From Bacillus subtilis subsp. subtilis str. 168 (GTDB taxonomy: Bacteria; Bacillota; Bacilli; Bacillales; Bacillaceae), in assembly GCF_000009045.1 (NCBI RefSeq), contig NC_000964.3, positions 2,970,001 through 3,002,000 on the forward strand: 32,000 bases of DNA. Direction: 5' to 3'. The position numbers and the translations under genes are program-made. This document shows positions 10,988 through 21,268 of this stretch, piece by piece. The stretch's first letter is position 1, and every line of letters starts with the position of its first letter. The notes beneath the pieces are model-generated. The model saw only the letters and a list, made by a program, of their open reading frames with translations. It was not told where the DNA came from and did not search any database.

Positions 10988-11150
10988 AATAAAAACCTCC
11001 CAGTATGTAATTCATATTTAGAAAACATTTTATTTTTCTTATATAGAAAATAAAATGATTTTTCCTAACATTCAATTTAAAGTGTAACCCAATTTTGATG
11101 TCTGAACAAGAGGCTAACCTCATTGACGCAAGCCAGCCTCCAATGGTTCT

Positions 11151-12269
11151 TTAGGCTCTTTCTTCAATCGGAACGAATTTTTGTTTGTCAGGGCCTGTGT
11201 AATCTGCCCGCGGGCGGATCAGACGGTTGTTGTCATACTGCTCAAGAATATGAGCGAGCCAGCCGGACATTCTGCTTACAGCAAAAATCGGTGTAAACAA
11301 ATCATGGTCAATACCGAGGCTGTGATATACAGAAGCCGAATAGAAATCAACGTTAGGCGGAAGCTTTTTCTCTGATGTGACGATGTCTTCTATACGAATC
11401 GACATCTCATACCATTTGCTTTCGCCTGTCAGGTTGGTCAGGCGCTTGCTCATTTCTTTCAGATGCTTCGCGCGCGGATCACCATGCTTATACACACGGT
11501 GGCCGAATCCCATGATTTTTTCTTTCTTTTCAAGTTTAGCGCGGATGTACGGCTCAGCGTTTTCCACTTCACCGATTTCTGTCAGCATTTTCATAACGCC
11601 TTCATTCGCTCCGCCGTGAAGAGGCCCTTTCAGCGCGCCGATTGCTGCAGTAATGCCTGAATAGATGTCAGAAAGTGTTGCGACGCAGACCCTCGCTGTG
11701 AACGTTGACGCGTTCAGCTCATGGTCAGCATGTAAAATCAATGCTTTGTTGAAGGCTTCAACTTCAATTGGTGAAGGCTCTTCACCGTTTAATGTGTAAA
11801 GAAAATTCTCCGCAATACCGTAATCTTCTCTCGGTTCAACAGGCTCAAGACCCTTGCGAATTCTGGAAAACGCTGCAACCAGGCCAGGCACCTTTGCCTG
11901 AAGGCGGATCGCCTTTCTGTAGTTGGCTTCCGGGTTCATGGTATCAGCCTCGCTGTCAAGCAGGCCTAGTAATGAAATTGCTGTCCGAAGAGCAGCCATG
12001 GGATGAACATTTTCGAGGGAATAAGATTTGAAGTGCTCAATAATTTCTTGCGGAACGGCAGCTTCCTTTGCAAGCTGCTGCTTTAACTCTTCAAGCTCTT
12101 TTTTGTTTGGCAGCCTTAGATGCCAAAGCAAGTAGATGATTTCTTCAAAACTTGCATTCTCTGTCAAATCATCGATATCATACCCCACATATGTAAGGGT
12201 ATCATCAATAATAGAACTAACAGATGATGTTGTTGCTACAACCCCTTCAAGACCGCGTGTCGCTGTCAT
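11151..12269 (-). CDS. citZ: Citrate synthase II
   Basis: 372 aa; GPLHGGANEGVMKML, MGFGHRVYKHGDPRA; start set at ATG 12269..12267 (SD aaaggagatgttatatATG) instead of the track's first Met. Confidence 0.96.
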   Translation of the reverse strand: MTATRGLEGVVATTSSVSSIIDDTLTYVGYDIDDLTENASFEEIIYLLWHLRLPNKKELEELKQQLAKEAAVPQEIIEHFKSYSLENVHPMAALRTAISLLGLLDSEADTMNPEANYRKAIRLQAKVPGLVAAFSRIRKGLEPVEPREDYGIAENFLYTLNGEEPSPIEVEAFNKALILHADHELNASTFTARVCVATLSDIYSGITAAIGALKGPLHGGANEGVMKMLTEIGEVENAEPYIRAKLEKKEKIMGFGHRVYKHGDPRAKHLKEMSKRLTNLTGESKWYEMSIRIEDIVTSEKKLPPNVDFYSASVYHSLGIDHDLFTPIFAVSRMSGWLAHILEQYDNNRLIRPRADYTGPDKQKFVPIEERA

Positions 12270-12368
12270 ATATAACATCTCCTTTTCAATAAATTTCCCC
12301 TTTAAGAGTGTTGTAAAAACATGAGGCTTACTTAAAAAGCACGATGCAAGTATTTCTCTCCCCCAAAA

Positions 12369-12382
12369 AGAAAATGCTTACA
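12369..12382. promoter_or_regulatory. Candidate cre site in the citZ leader
   Basis: Minus strand TGTAAGCATTTTCT matches TGWAARCGYTWNCW at 13/14 positions. Confidence 0.55.
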
Positions 12383-12469
12383 TTTTACTGGCTGCTGGAA
12401 CTAAAACCCTTTGCTTTTGAAAGAACATAACAAATTTTTATAAGCTTATTTAAGTTTAAGCCTATTCTC

Positions 12470-12498
12470 ATTATAAACAATAATCAGACATTTGTTAA
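12470..12498 (-). promoter_or_regulatory. Candidate sigma-A promoter of citZ
   Basis: Minus strand TTAACA (12498-12493), 17-nt spacer, TATAAT (12475-12470). Confidence 0.8.
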
Positions 12499-12572
12499 AT
12501 GTTTACCTATAATTTTTTTTTTCCATTCTGTGATTTCCCCGAAAAAACGCCTTTATTTGCGGGTTTTTGCAT

Positions 12573-12604
12573 AAAAAAAAGCGGCTTTAAGGCCGCTTTT
12601 TTTT
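12573..12604 (-). terminator. Rho-independent terminator downstream of ytwI
   Basis: aaaaaaaagcggc ttaa ggccgcttttttt-type hairpin (gcggc 12581-12585 / gccgc 12592-12596 flanked by A and T runs), abutting the ytwI stop. Confidence 0.88.
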
Positions 12605-13067
12605 ATGAAGTGAACAGTTTTACGATCTGCATGGCTAAATAAGCAATCCCCGCTCCGATCAGCGGCCCCACCGCAACTCCTCCAAAAAGCGCGACTGCAA
12701 GAATGGTCCCGATCACGAGAGCAGTTGTAATATGCGGATCATTTTCAAGCAGGGTCAGGCCGTTTTTTGCAATCAGCGCCACTGCGATCCCCGCTCCAAG
12801 GGCGATCCATGCGTAGGAAGACCGCATTGCTTCTCCAAGCTGCTTAAATCCGATTTCTCCCGTGGCAATCGGGACAAGAACGGCGATGGTAATAATGGTC
12901 ACACCCCAGTTAATGCCTTTTGACTGGATGGTCGGAAATAATTTCTGATCAAGCCCAACGATTTTGATGATCAAAAGGACGGATACAGCAAAGAGCAATG
13001 ATTGGTTTTTTGCGATAAGTGCGATAGCCAAGAGTAAAATTAAAAATAAATTCGCTTGTGTAAACAC
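12603..13067 (-). CDS. ytwI: UPF0756 family membrane protein YtwI
   Basis: 154 aa multi-TM protein; start re-assigned to GTG (13067..13065) behind SD aaaggagggatggcatGTG; the track's 35-residue N-terminal extension runs through the SD and intergenic region. Confidence 0.88.
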   Translation of the reverse strand: MFTQANLFLILLLAIALIAKNQSLLFAVSVLLIIKIVGLDQKLFPTIQSKGINWGVTIITIAVLVPIATGEIGFKQLGEAMRSSYAWIALGAGIAVALIAKNGLTLLENDPHITTALVIGTILAVALFGGVAVGPLIGAGIAYLAMQIVKLFTS

Positions 13068-13090
13068 ATGCCATCCCTCCTTTAAGATGA

Positions 13091-13123
13091 ATGTATTCAT
13101 ATTCAGCCGCAGCGTGAATACAT
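13091..13123. repeat. Inverted repeat between divergent ytwI and ytvI
   Basis: atgtattca (13091-13099) / tgaatacat (13115-13123), perfect 9-bp arms, 15-nt spacer. Confidence 0.75.
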
Positions 13124-13163
13124 ATAAAAAATAGGACATGCTGACGAGAGGAGGACCGTTTTT

Positions 13164-14279
13164 GTGAATCAATCTTATATCACTATTTTTTTCAGAACCC
13201 TCTTTGTCATATCAATGACCGCAGGGTCGATAGCTGCGGCCTATTATTCGTTTCCGTTAACTTATCCGTTCCTGATCGCCCTTATTCTATCTTCAGTGAT
13301 TCATCCTGTTGTCGATTATTTGGACAAAGTGACAGGATTCCCCCGAACGATAAATGTTCTGGGCGTTCTTGCTTTTTTTCTGCTCGCAGCCTTCGGCGTG
13401 CTCACCATTCTGGTAGCCGAAATCGTAACGGGAACAGCCTATCTAGCAAAAACGCTGCCTCCGCATATCAGCACGTTTATTTCATATTGCGAAAAATTGT
13501 TTACCACTCATATTCAGCCGCTCTATAACGAGTTAACTCTTTTGTTTCAAGAATTGGAAACGAACCAGCAGGCTTCCATCGTCACTCATATCCAGACACT
13601 CGGTGATTCTGCCGCTAAAAATGCCGGGCTCCTGCTGTCCCACATTCTAGAGATGATCCCGAGATTTTTCGCTCTTCTTCCCAATACGGCGGCGGTTCTG
13701 ATTTTTTCTCTTCTGGCAACCTTTTTTATGACAAAGGATTGGCATAAGCTGAAAGCCATGCTTGTTTTAATTCTGCCGGATCGTGTGACAGCTAACAGCA
13801 AAGCAATCAGCAGCGAATTAAAAAAAGCAATGACTGGTTTTATCAAAGCACAAGCCGTCCTCGTTTTCATCACGATGGTGATTGTATTTATCGGCCTTTC
13901 TCTCTTAAAGGTTGAACACGCCGCAACAATTGCTTTTTTAATCGGGCTTGTAGATCTTCTCCCTTACTTAGGTGCCGGCTCCGTATTTGTGCCCTGGATT
14001 TTGTATTTATCGATTACGGGCCAGCTGCCCCAAGCAATCGGAATTGGTATCCTGTACCTCGTCGTTCTTATTCAGCGGCAGCTGACAGAGCCCAAGATAC
14101 TAAGTAAATCTATCGGGATCGATCCGCTGGCAACACTCATCGCCCTGTTTGCCGGCTTTAAATTATTCGGGTTTTTAGGACTGATTGCGGGACCGGCTGT
14201 ACTCGTCATCATCCAAGCTTTCATCACAACAGGCGCATTAAAAGAAATATGGTCCTATATCACCGTTCAGCAAAAATAA
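13164..14279 (+). CDS. ytvI: AI-2E transporter/PerM-family membrane protein YtvI (sporulation integral membrane protein family)
   Basis: 371 aa; LLKVEHAATIAFLIGLVDLLPYLGAG and the usual DPLATLIALFAGFKLFGFLGLIAGP; GTG start preceded by gaggagga. Confidence 0.9.
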   Translation: MNQSYITIFFRTLFVISMTAGSIAAAYYSFPLTYPFLIALILSSVIHPVVDYLDKVTGFPRTINVLGVLAFFLLAAFGVLTILVAEIVTGTAYLAKTLPPHISTFISYCEKLFTTHIQPLYNELTLLFQELETNQQASIVTHIQTLGDSAAKNAGLLLSHILEMIPRFFALLPNTAAVLIFSLLATFFMTKDWHKLKAMLVLILPDRVTANSKAISSELKKAMTGFIKAQAVLVFITMVIVFIGLSLLKVEHAATIAFLIGLVDLLPYLGAGSVFVPWILYLSITGQLPQAIGIGILYLVVLIQRQLTEPKILSKSIGIDPLATLIALFAGFKLFGFLGLIAGPAVLVIIQAFITTGALKEIWSYITVQQK

Positions 14280-14311
14280 AACGGCAGCCGTTTTTTCATG
14301 GCTGCCGTTTT
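14278..14311. terminator. Bidirectional terminator between convergent ytvI and fxsA
   Basis: Perfect 12-bp stem aaaacggcagcc (14278-14289) / ggctgccgtttt (14300-14311); T run on + and A run on - reading. Confidence 0.92.
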
Positions 14312-14695
14312 TTATTTGATGATGATCCGCTTATTCTTCGACATTCCTCTCAGCCATTTGAACAGAATCGGCTTACACCAGCCGCGGGTAAACGGGATAA
14401 GAAGACAGGCGCCGGCCAAATCTGATAAAAAGCCCGGAAGCATCAGCAATAGACCGCCAATGAAAATGCACAGACCGTCAGCAATCGCTTCTCCCGGCAT
14501 TTTGCCATATTGAAGATCACGCTGAACCTTATAATACACTTCGGTTCCTTGTTTTTTTGCAGCTGCTGCGCCGATAATGCCAGTCAGAATCATGAATAGA
14601 ACTGTCGGCAAAATACCAATCAGATTTCCTAAAAATAGGAATATACCGATTTCTATTGCCGGAAACACAATAAAAAGCAAAAACAAAAATCTCAT
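14312..14695 (-). CDS. fxsA: FxsA family membrane protein (YtzA)
   Basis: MRFLFLLFIVFPAIEIGIFL N-terminus; start re-assigned to ATG 14695..14693 (SD ggggggctggatATG); 127 aa. Confidence 0.9.
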   Translation of the reverse strand: MRFLFLLFIVFPAIEIGIFLFLGNLIGILPTVLFMILTGIIGAAAAKKQGTEVYYKVQRDLQYGKMPGEAIADGLCIFIGGLLLMLPGFLSDLAGACLLIPFTRGWCKPILFKWLRGMSKNKRIIIK

Positions 14696-14750
14696 ATCCA
14701 AGCCCCCCACACGTGTAACACGTTCTGTTCAACAAAAGGCATGATAAAGA

Positions 14751-14773
14751 GAAAAGGAAGGGATTCCCCTTCC
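14751..14773 (-). terminator. Rho-independent terminator downstream of pyk
   Basis: ggaaggg (14756-14762) / cccttcc (14767-14773), 4-nt loop; minus-strand reading followed by UUUUCUCUUU. Confidence 0.85.
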
Positions 14774-14787
14774 ATTTTCACCTGTAA

Positions 14788-16545
14788 TTAAAGAACGCTC
14801 GCACGGCCTTGATAGACTGCGCCTCTGGAAGCGTCAACTGTAATATCCTGGCCATCTGTCAAAATAGATGTCGCATTTTCCAGACCCACGATAACCGGGA
14901 TGCCAAGGCTTAATCCGACTACCGCAGCATGGCTAGTCAAACCGCCTTCTTCTGTAATAAGAGCAGACGCTTTTTCAAGGGATGCAATCATATCACGGTC
15001 AGTGCTTTTGGTAACAAGTACCGCACCGTCAGTCATTTTTTGCTCAGCTTCTTTTGCATTTTGTGCAACGACAACCGGACCGTAAGCTGATTTGCGTCCA
15101 ATGCCTTGGCCTTTAGCGATGATATCGCCGACAGTATGAACCTTCATTAAGTTCGTAGTGCCGGACTCACCGACAGTGCCAGCTGTAATAACGATAAGAT
15201 CGCCGTGTTTTACAATTCCGCTGTTCAATGATTTTTGGACAGCATCCTCAAGCATCTCATCTGTTGAGCTCGCATTTTGGCCGCTTTCCGCGAATACGCC
15301 AGATACGAGGGCAAGCTTTCTGGAAATAGAGTCATTTACAGTAACCGCAACAATCGGAGCCTGCGGACGGTATTTTGCAATCATACGTGCTGTATGGCCG
15401 CTTTCTGTCGGCGTTACGATCGCAGCAGCATTCAGGTTAATCGCCGTATGTGCGACAGATTGTCCAATTGCGTCTGTAATTGTCATGCCCACTTGGTCTC
15501 TGCGTTTTGAGAGAATTTCTTTATAATTTAATGCTTCTTCAGAACGGGACGCGATGTTATGCATTGTTTGAACTGCTTCAACCGGGTAACTTCCGGCAGC
15601 AGTTTCACCAGAAAGCATGATCGCATCTGTTCCGTCGAAGATCGCGTTTGCAACGTCACTTGCTTCCGCACGAGTCGGACGCGGGTTGCGCTGCATGCTG
15701 TCAAGCATTTGTGTCGCTGTAATAACAGGTTTGCCCAGCGCGTTGCATTTTTTGATCAGTTCTTTTTGCACAAGCGGCACTTCTTCAGCTGGAATTTCCA
15801 CACCTAAGTCTCCGCGTGCAACCATTAAGCCGTCAGACACTTCGAGAATCGCATCGATGTTGTCAACGCCCTCTTGGTTTTCGATTTTAGGGATGATTTG
15901 AATATCCTGAGCGTTGTGCTCTTCAAGAAGCTCACGGATTTCGAGCACATCCGTAGAACGTCGAATGAAAGATGGTGCGATGAAGTCTACTCCTTGCTCA
16001 ATACCGAAAACGATGTCTCGCGCATCCTTTTCAGTAATCCCCGGAAGATTGACACTTACGCCCGGTACGTTAACACCTTTTTTATTTTTGAGTGTTCCGT
16101 TGTTTAATACTTTTGTTTTGATTTCGCGTTTAGCGGCATCTACATCAAGTACCTCAAGACCGATAAGGCCGTCATCTAACAGAATCGTTGAACCTTGTTC
16201 AACGTCATGGACTAAACCTTCATATGTCACTGAAATTTTATCTGTTGTTCCTACAACCTCGTCCATTGAAATAATGAGCTCTTTGCCTGTTTCAAGCTCA
16301 ATACCGCCGTTTTCCATTGTATGTGTGCGGATTTCAGGACCTTTTGTATCAAGCAGAATTCCAACGTTCTTGCCAAGTTTTTTACTTGCTTCGCGGATAT
16401 TTTTAATTCTTGCACCGTGCTCCTCAAAATCTCCGTGAGAAAAGTTTAATCGAGCCACGTTCATTCCTGACTCCATTAATTTCGTAAGCATTTCAATACT
16501 TTCACTTGCCGGACCGATGGTACAAACAATTTTAGTTTTTCTCAT
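14788..16545 (-). CDS. pyk: Pyruvate kinase with C-terminal PEP-utiliser-like extension
   Basis: 585 aa; [34 protein letters not shown]; C-terminal [21 protein letters not shown]; ATG start 16545 rather than the track's GTG three codons upstream. Confidence 0.97.
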
Positions 16546-16587
16546 TTGGTTCACTTCCTTCTGAAATCTTCAGCCTTCAGCTGTACA

Positions 16588-17559
<972 letters not shown>

Positions 17560-17697
17560 TCAGCAACATATATGATTAAACATAACATGATCATTGCCCT
17601 AAAAACAATGAAAAGGGATCTCCATCCTCCCTATGAAACCTTACCTATTATACAATTAAATAAATTGTTTTTAAATAAAATTTAAGGAATGTCACAA

Positions 17698-17732
17698 AAA
17701 ATAAACGTGAGCCAAAGGCTTCACGTTTATTT
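17698..17732 (-). terminator. Rho-independent terminator of the accD-accA operon, overlapping the accA stop codon
   Basis: aaataaacgtga gcc ... ggct tcacgtttattt (stem about 12 bp plus GCC/GGC extension with a one-base bulge), followed by U-rich sequence on the minus strand. Confidence 0.9.
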
Positions 17733-18708
17733 AGTTTACCCCGATATATTGATCTTCAACCGAGACTTTGCCAATTGCTTTATATTTTTCATAACGCTGC
17801 TGAACTAATTCTTCTTCGCTCAGCTTCAGTAAAGTTTTTAACGATTGTTTAAGGGTTTCGTCCATATAGCTTGCCTGCAGCTTCACATCATGGTGCGCTC
17901 CGCCTTTTACTTCTTTAATCATATGATCTATAATACCTAATTCTTTTAAATCCGGCGCAGTGATTTTCATTGTTTCTGCTGCTTTTTTAGCAAGACTGGA
18001 GTCCTTCCATAAAAGTGCCGCGGCACCTTCCGGAGAAATAACAGAATAAGTAGAGTTTTCCAGCATATGCAAGTGATTGCCTACACCCAGACCAAGGGCT
18101 CCGCCGCTTCCGCCTTCACCAATGACGATGCAGATAACAGGCACTCGAAGGCCGGCCATCTCAAACAGGTTTTTGGCAATAGCTTCACTTTGTCCTCTTT
18201 CTTCAGCTGCTCGTCCAGGGTATGCCCCCTTCGTATCAATAAAACAGATAATTGGTCTGTTAAATTTGTCAGCCTGTTTCATCAGACGAAGCGCTTTTCT
18301 GTAGCCTTCTGGATGCGGCATCCCAAAATTGCGGACTAGGTTTTCCTTCGTGTCTTTGCCGCGCTGATGCCCGATTACCGTTACAGGGAGGCCGTGGAAC
18401 TTCGCAATCCCGCCGACAATGGCTTCATCGTCCCCGTACGCTCTGTCTCCGTGACATTCAAAAAAGTCGGTAAACAGGTGTTCGATATAATCAAGAGTTG
18501 TCGGACGGTCCGCCAGACGCGCGATTTGAACCCGGTCCCACGGCTTCAAATTTTTGTAAATATCATCCTGAAGCTTAGCGAGACGGTCTTCGAGCCGTTC
18601 GATTTCCGCACTTAGATCCATATCGGAATCTTGGGTGAATTTTTTTAGTTCGGCGATTTTGGTTTGCAGTTCAATCACCGGTTTTTCAAATTCTAATCTT
18701 GGAGCCAC
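17731..18708 (-). CDS. accA: Acetyl-CoA carboxylase carboxyltransferase subunit alpha
   Basis: 325 aa; [40 protein letters not shown]; GTG start, SD inside the 3' end of accD. Confidence 0.97.
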   Translation of the reverse strand: MAPRLEFEKPVIELQTKIAELKKFTQDSDMDLSAEIERLEDRLAKLQDDIYKNLKPWDRVQIARLADRPTTLDYIEHLFTDFFECHGDRAYGDDEAIVGGIAKFHGLPVTVIGHQRGKDTKENLVRNFGMPHPEGYRKALRLMKQADKFNRPIICFIDTKGAYPGRAAEERGQSEAIAKNLFEMAGLRVPVICIVIGEGGSGGALGLGVGNHLHMLENSTYSVISPEGAAALLWKDSSLAKKAAETMKITAPDLKELGIIDHMIKEVKGGAHHDVKLQASYMDETLKQSLKTLLKLSEEELVQQRYEKYKAIGKVSVEDQYIGVN

Positions 18709-19565
18709 TCAATGTCACCTCCTGTTTGATGCATATCCAGCAGATTTTCTAACGTTTTTTTCATATCGTCGCGATGAATAACCGCATCAAGCTGTCCATG
18801 TTTTAATAAAAACTCAGCCGTTTGGAAGTCCTCAGGCAGTTTTTCTCCTATTGTCTGTTCAATAATCCGTCTTCCGGCAAAACCGATCAGCGCGCCAGGC
18901 TCAGCGAAATTGTAATCGCCAAGGGATGCAAAGCTTGCTGATACGCCCCCGGTAGTCGGATGCGTCATTACTGAAATAATAAGACCCTGTTCTTCACTGA
19001 ACAGTTTTAACGCAGAGCTTGTCTTTGCCATCTGCATCAAACTTAATACGCCTTCCTGCATTCTAGCACCGCCTGAAGCCGTAAAAATAATAAACGGAAC
19101 TTTATCAGCTTTTGCTTTTTCAATCGCAAGCGTGATTTTTTCACCGACGACTGAACCCATGCTGCCCATTCTGAATGAAGAGTCCATGACGGCGACAACA
19201 GCCGGGTGTCCGCCGATGGTGCCCTTGCCTGTCACAACAGCCTCGTTTAAGGATGTTTTCTCGCGATCTTTTTCAAGCTTTTCCAGATATCCCGGGAAAC
19301 CAAGCGGATTTTCCGAGAGCATTCCCTGATTAAATTCCTCAAAGGATTGTTCATCCATCAAGCTTTCGATACGCTGTTTTGCGTTCATTGGGAAATGATA
19401 ATCGCAGTTCATGCATACCCGCATATTTTTATCCAACTCTTTAGTGAGCATGATTTTTTTACACTTAGGACATTTTGTCATAATGCCTTCCGGAACATCG
19501 TGCTTCGCTTGATCAGACGGTACGGAAGCATACTTTTTCTTTTTCGTGAATATATCCTTTAACAA
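18693..19565 (-). CDS. accD: Acetyl-CoA carboxylase carboxyltransferase subunit beta
   Basis: 290 aa; Zn finger [23 protein letters not shown]; start re-assigned to TTG (19565..19563) behind aaagggaggtaatcatTTG. Confidence 0.95.
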   Translation of the reverse strand: MLKDIFTKKKKYASVPSDQAKHDVPEGIMTKCPKCKKIMLTKELDKNMRVCMNCDYHFPMNAKQRIESLMDEQSFEEFNQGMLSENPLGFPGYLEKLEKDREKTSLNEAVVTGKGTIGGHPAVVAVMDSSFRMGSMGSVVGEKITLAIEKAKADKVPFIIFTASGGARMQEGVLSLMQMAKTSSALKLFSEEQGLIISVMTHPTTGGVSASFASLGDYNFAEPGALIGFAGRRIIEQTIGEKLPEDFQTAEFLLKHGQLDAVIHRDDMKKTLENLLDMHQTGGDIEWLQD

Positions 19566-19778
19566 ATGATTACCTCCCTTTTGTGAAGGGTTCTCTTCAC
19601 CGCATGTCATCAAACAGATAGACTTGCTAATAACTTTACCGAAACTATTGTACTTTTTTTGTCAAACGCTGTCATCCTCAATTCGACAACTTTTTATTCG
19701 ATGACGTGCTCGGAAAGGCTTGTATGAAATCAGATAAGGTGTTGAAACGACAAGGTTGACAGCGCATTCAAAAATAAT

Positions 19779-19842
19779 GTTAAACCCGGCTGAAATTTTT
19801 TTAAGGCTAACCCCCTAAAAAAATTTCAGCCGTCAGTTTAAC
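19779..19842. repeat. Long imperfect hairpin (64 nt) downstream of ytsJ
   Basis: Outer arms gttaaac (19779-19785) / gtttaac (19836-19842); inner perfect 17-bp arms cggctgaaattttttta (19787-19803) / taaaaaaatttcagccg (19816-19832). Confidence 0.88.
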
Positions 19843-19899
19843 TTGAGAACAGCGCGCCGGTCTCCGCCAACGCGCTGCCATTTTTGGAATGAATTAAAA

Positions 19900-21132
19900 T
19901 TATTCACCAATAATCGTAAGTTTTCTTGTTTTTTCTGCGACTTCCTCAGGGTCAACAGTGATTCTTGCAACACCTGTTTCCATCGCAGCTTTTGCCACAG
20001 CCTTCGCAACAGCAGGCGCAACACGTTTATCAAACGGTGCAGGGATGACATAGTCTGCGCTAAGCTCATCTTCTGAAACCAGTGAAGCAATGGCTTCAAC
20101 CGCTGCGATTTTCATTTCCTCGTTAATATGAGTGGCACGCACATCAAGCGCTCCGCGGAAAATACCAGGGAATGCAAGAACATTGTTTACTTGGTTCGGG
20201 AAGTCAGAACGGCCAGTTCCGACAACGCTTGCTCCGGCTTCACGCGCATCTTCCGGCATGATTTCCGGATTTGGATTTGCCATTGCAAAGATAATCGGAT
20301 CTTTTGCCATGCTTTGAACCATTTCTTTTGTTAACGCGCCTGCTACAGAGACACCGATAAATACGTCAGCATCAACGATAACATCTTTCAGAGAACCGTC
20401 TTTGCGATCTTGGTTCGTGAACTTCGCCACTTCATTTTTGACATCGTTCATGCCGTTCGGGCGCCCTTCATAAATGGCCCCTTTGGAATCGCACATCACA
20501 ATGTCGCGAACGCCATAATGATGAAGAAGCTTGATAATCGCAATGCCAGCCGCACCCGCGCCGTTTGCGACAACTTTAATGGATGACATGGATTTTCCAG
20601 ACAGTTTCAGCGCGTTCACAAGACCTGCTACGGTTACAATGGCAGTACCGTGCTGATCATCATGGAAAACCGGGATGTTTGTTTCTTTTTTGAGGCGCTC
20701 TTCAATGATAAAGCAGTTTGGCGCTGCAATATCTTCAAGGTTGACGCCGCCAAATGTCGGTTCCAGCAATTTTACAGTTTCAACGATTTTATCAACATCG
20801 TTTGTGTTTAAAGCAATCGGGAACGCATCTACGCCCGCAAAGCTTTTGAAAAGAACTGCTTTCCCTTCCATAACAGGAAGCGCCGCTTCAGGGCCGATGT
20901 TTCCAAGGCCAAGCACAGCTGTACCGTCAGTTACAACTGCTACCATGTTCCCCTTCATTGTATAATCATATACTTTGTTAATGTCTTCATGAATATCCTT
21001 ACACGGTTCTGCAACACCCGGAGAATACGCGAGGCTTAAATCTTTCGCATTTCTGACCTCTACTTTTGATTTAGACTCCAGTTTCCCCTGGTTGACTTTA
21101 TGCAGGTGTAATGCTTCTTCTCTTAATGACAT
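19900..21132 (-). CDS. ytsJ: NAD(P)-dependent malic enzyme YtsJ
   Basis: 410 aa; SLAYSPGVAEPC, FHDDQHGTAIV, NGAGAAGIAI; ATG start 21132 chosen over the track's GTG, which overlaps the upstream aaggag SD. Confidence 0.93.
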   Translation of the reverse strand: MSLREEALHLHKVNQGKLESKSKVEVRNAKDLSLAYSPGVAEPCKDIHEDINKVYDYTMKGNMVAVVTDGTAVLGLGNIGPEAALPVMEGKAVLFKSFAGVDAFPIALNTNDVDKIVETVKLLEPTFGGVNLEDIAAPNCFIIEERLKKETNIPVFHDDQHGTAIVTVAGLVNALKLSGKSMSSIKVVANGAGAAGIAIIKLLHHYGVRDIVMCDSKGAIYEGRPNGMNDVKNEVAKFTNQDRKDGSLKDVIVDADVFIGVSVAGALTKEMVQSMAKDPIIFAMANPNPEIMPEDAREAGASVVGTGRSDFPNQVNNVLAFPGIFRGALDVRATHINEEMKIAAVEAIASLVSEDELSADYVIPAPFDKRVAPAVAKAVAKAAMETGVARITVDPEEVAEKTRKLTIIGE

Positions 21133-21268
21133 TCTCCTAAACACTCCTTATGGATATTTTTTGATTCGTATACTGCTGCGTTGATTGCTGCATTCTGCGG
21201 AGTAAATCTATCTGAATATTTAAACAGGATCACATAATTGCTCCAATTGTATAACAAAAAGCGAATCG

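Noticed and set aside
15914-16438. 174-aa plus-strand ORF antisense to pyk
   Set aside because: Shadow ORF within a highly conserved coding gene; low-complexity Ser/Thr/Pro composition, no convincing SD, no recognisable family.
21145-21268. Possible dnaE terminator in the dnaE-ytsJ gap
   Set aside because: Only weak short complementarity near gcgaatcg...; no convincing stem plus U-run, so not called.
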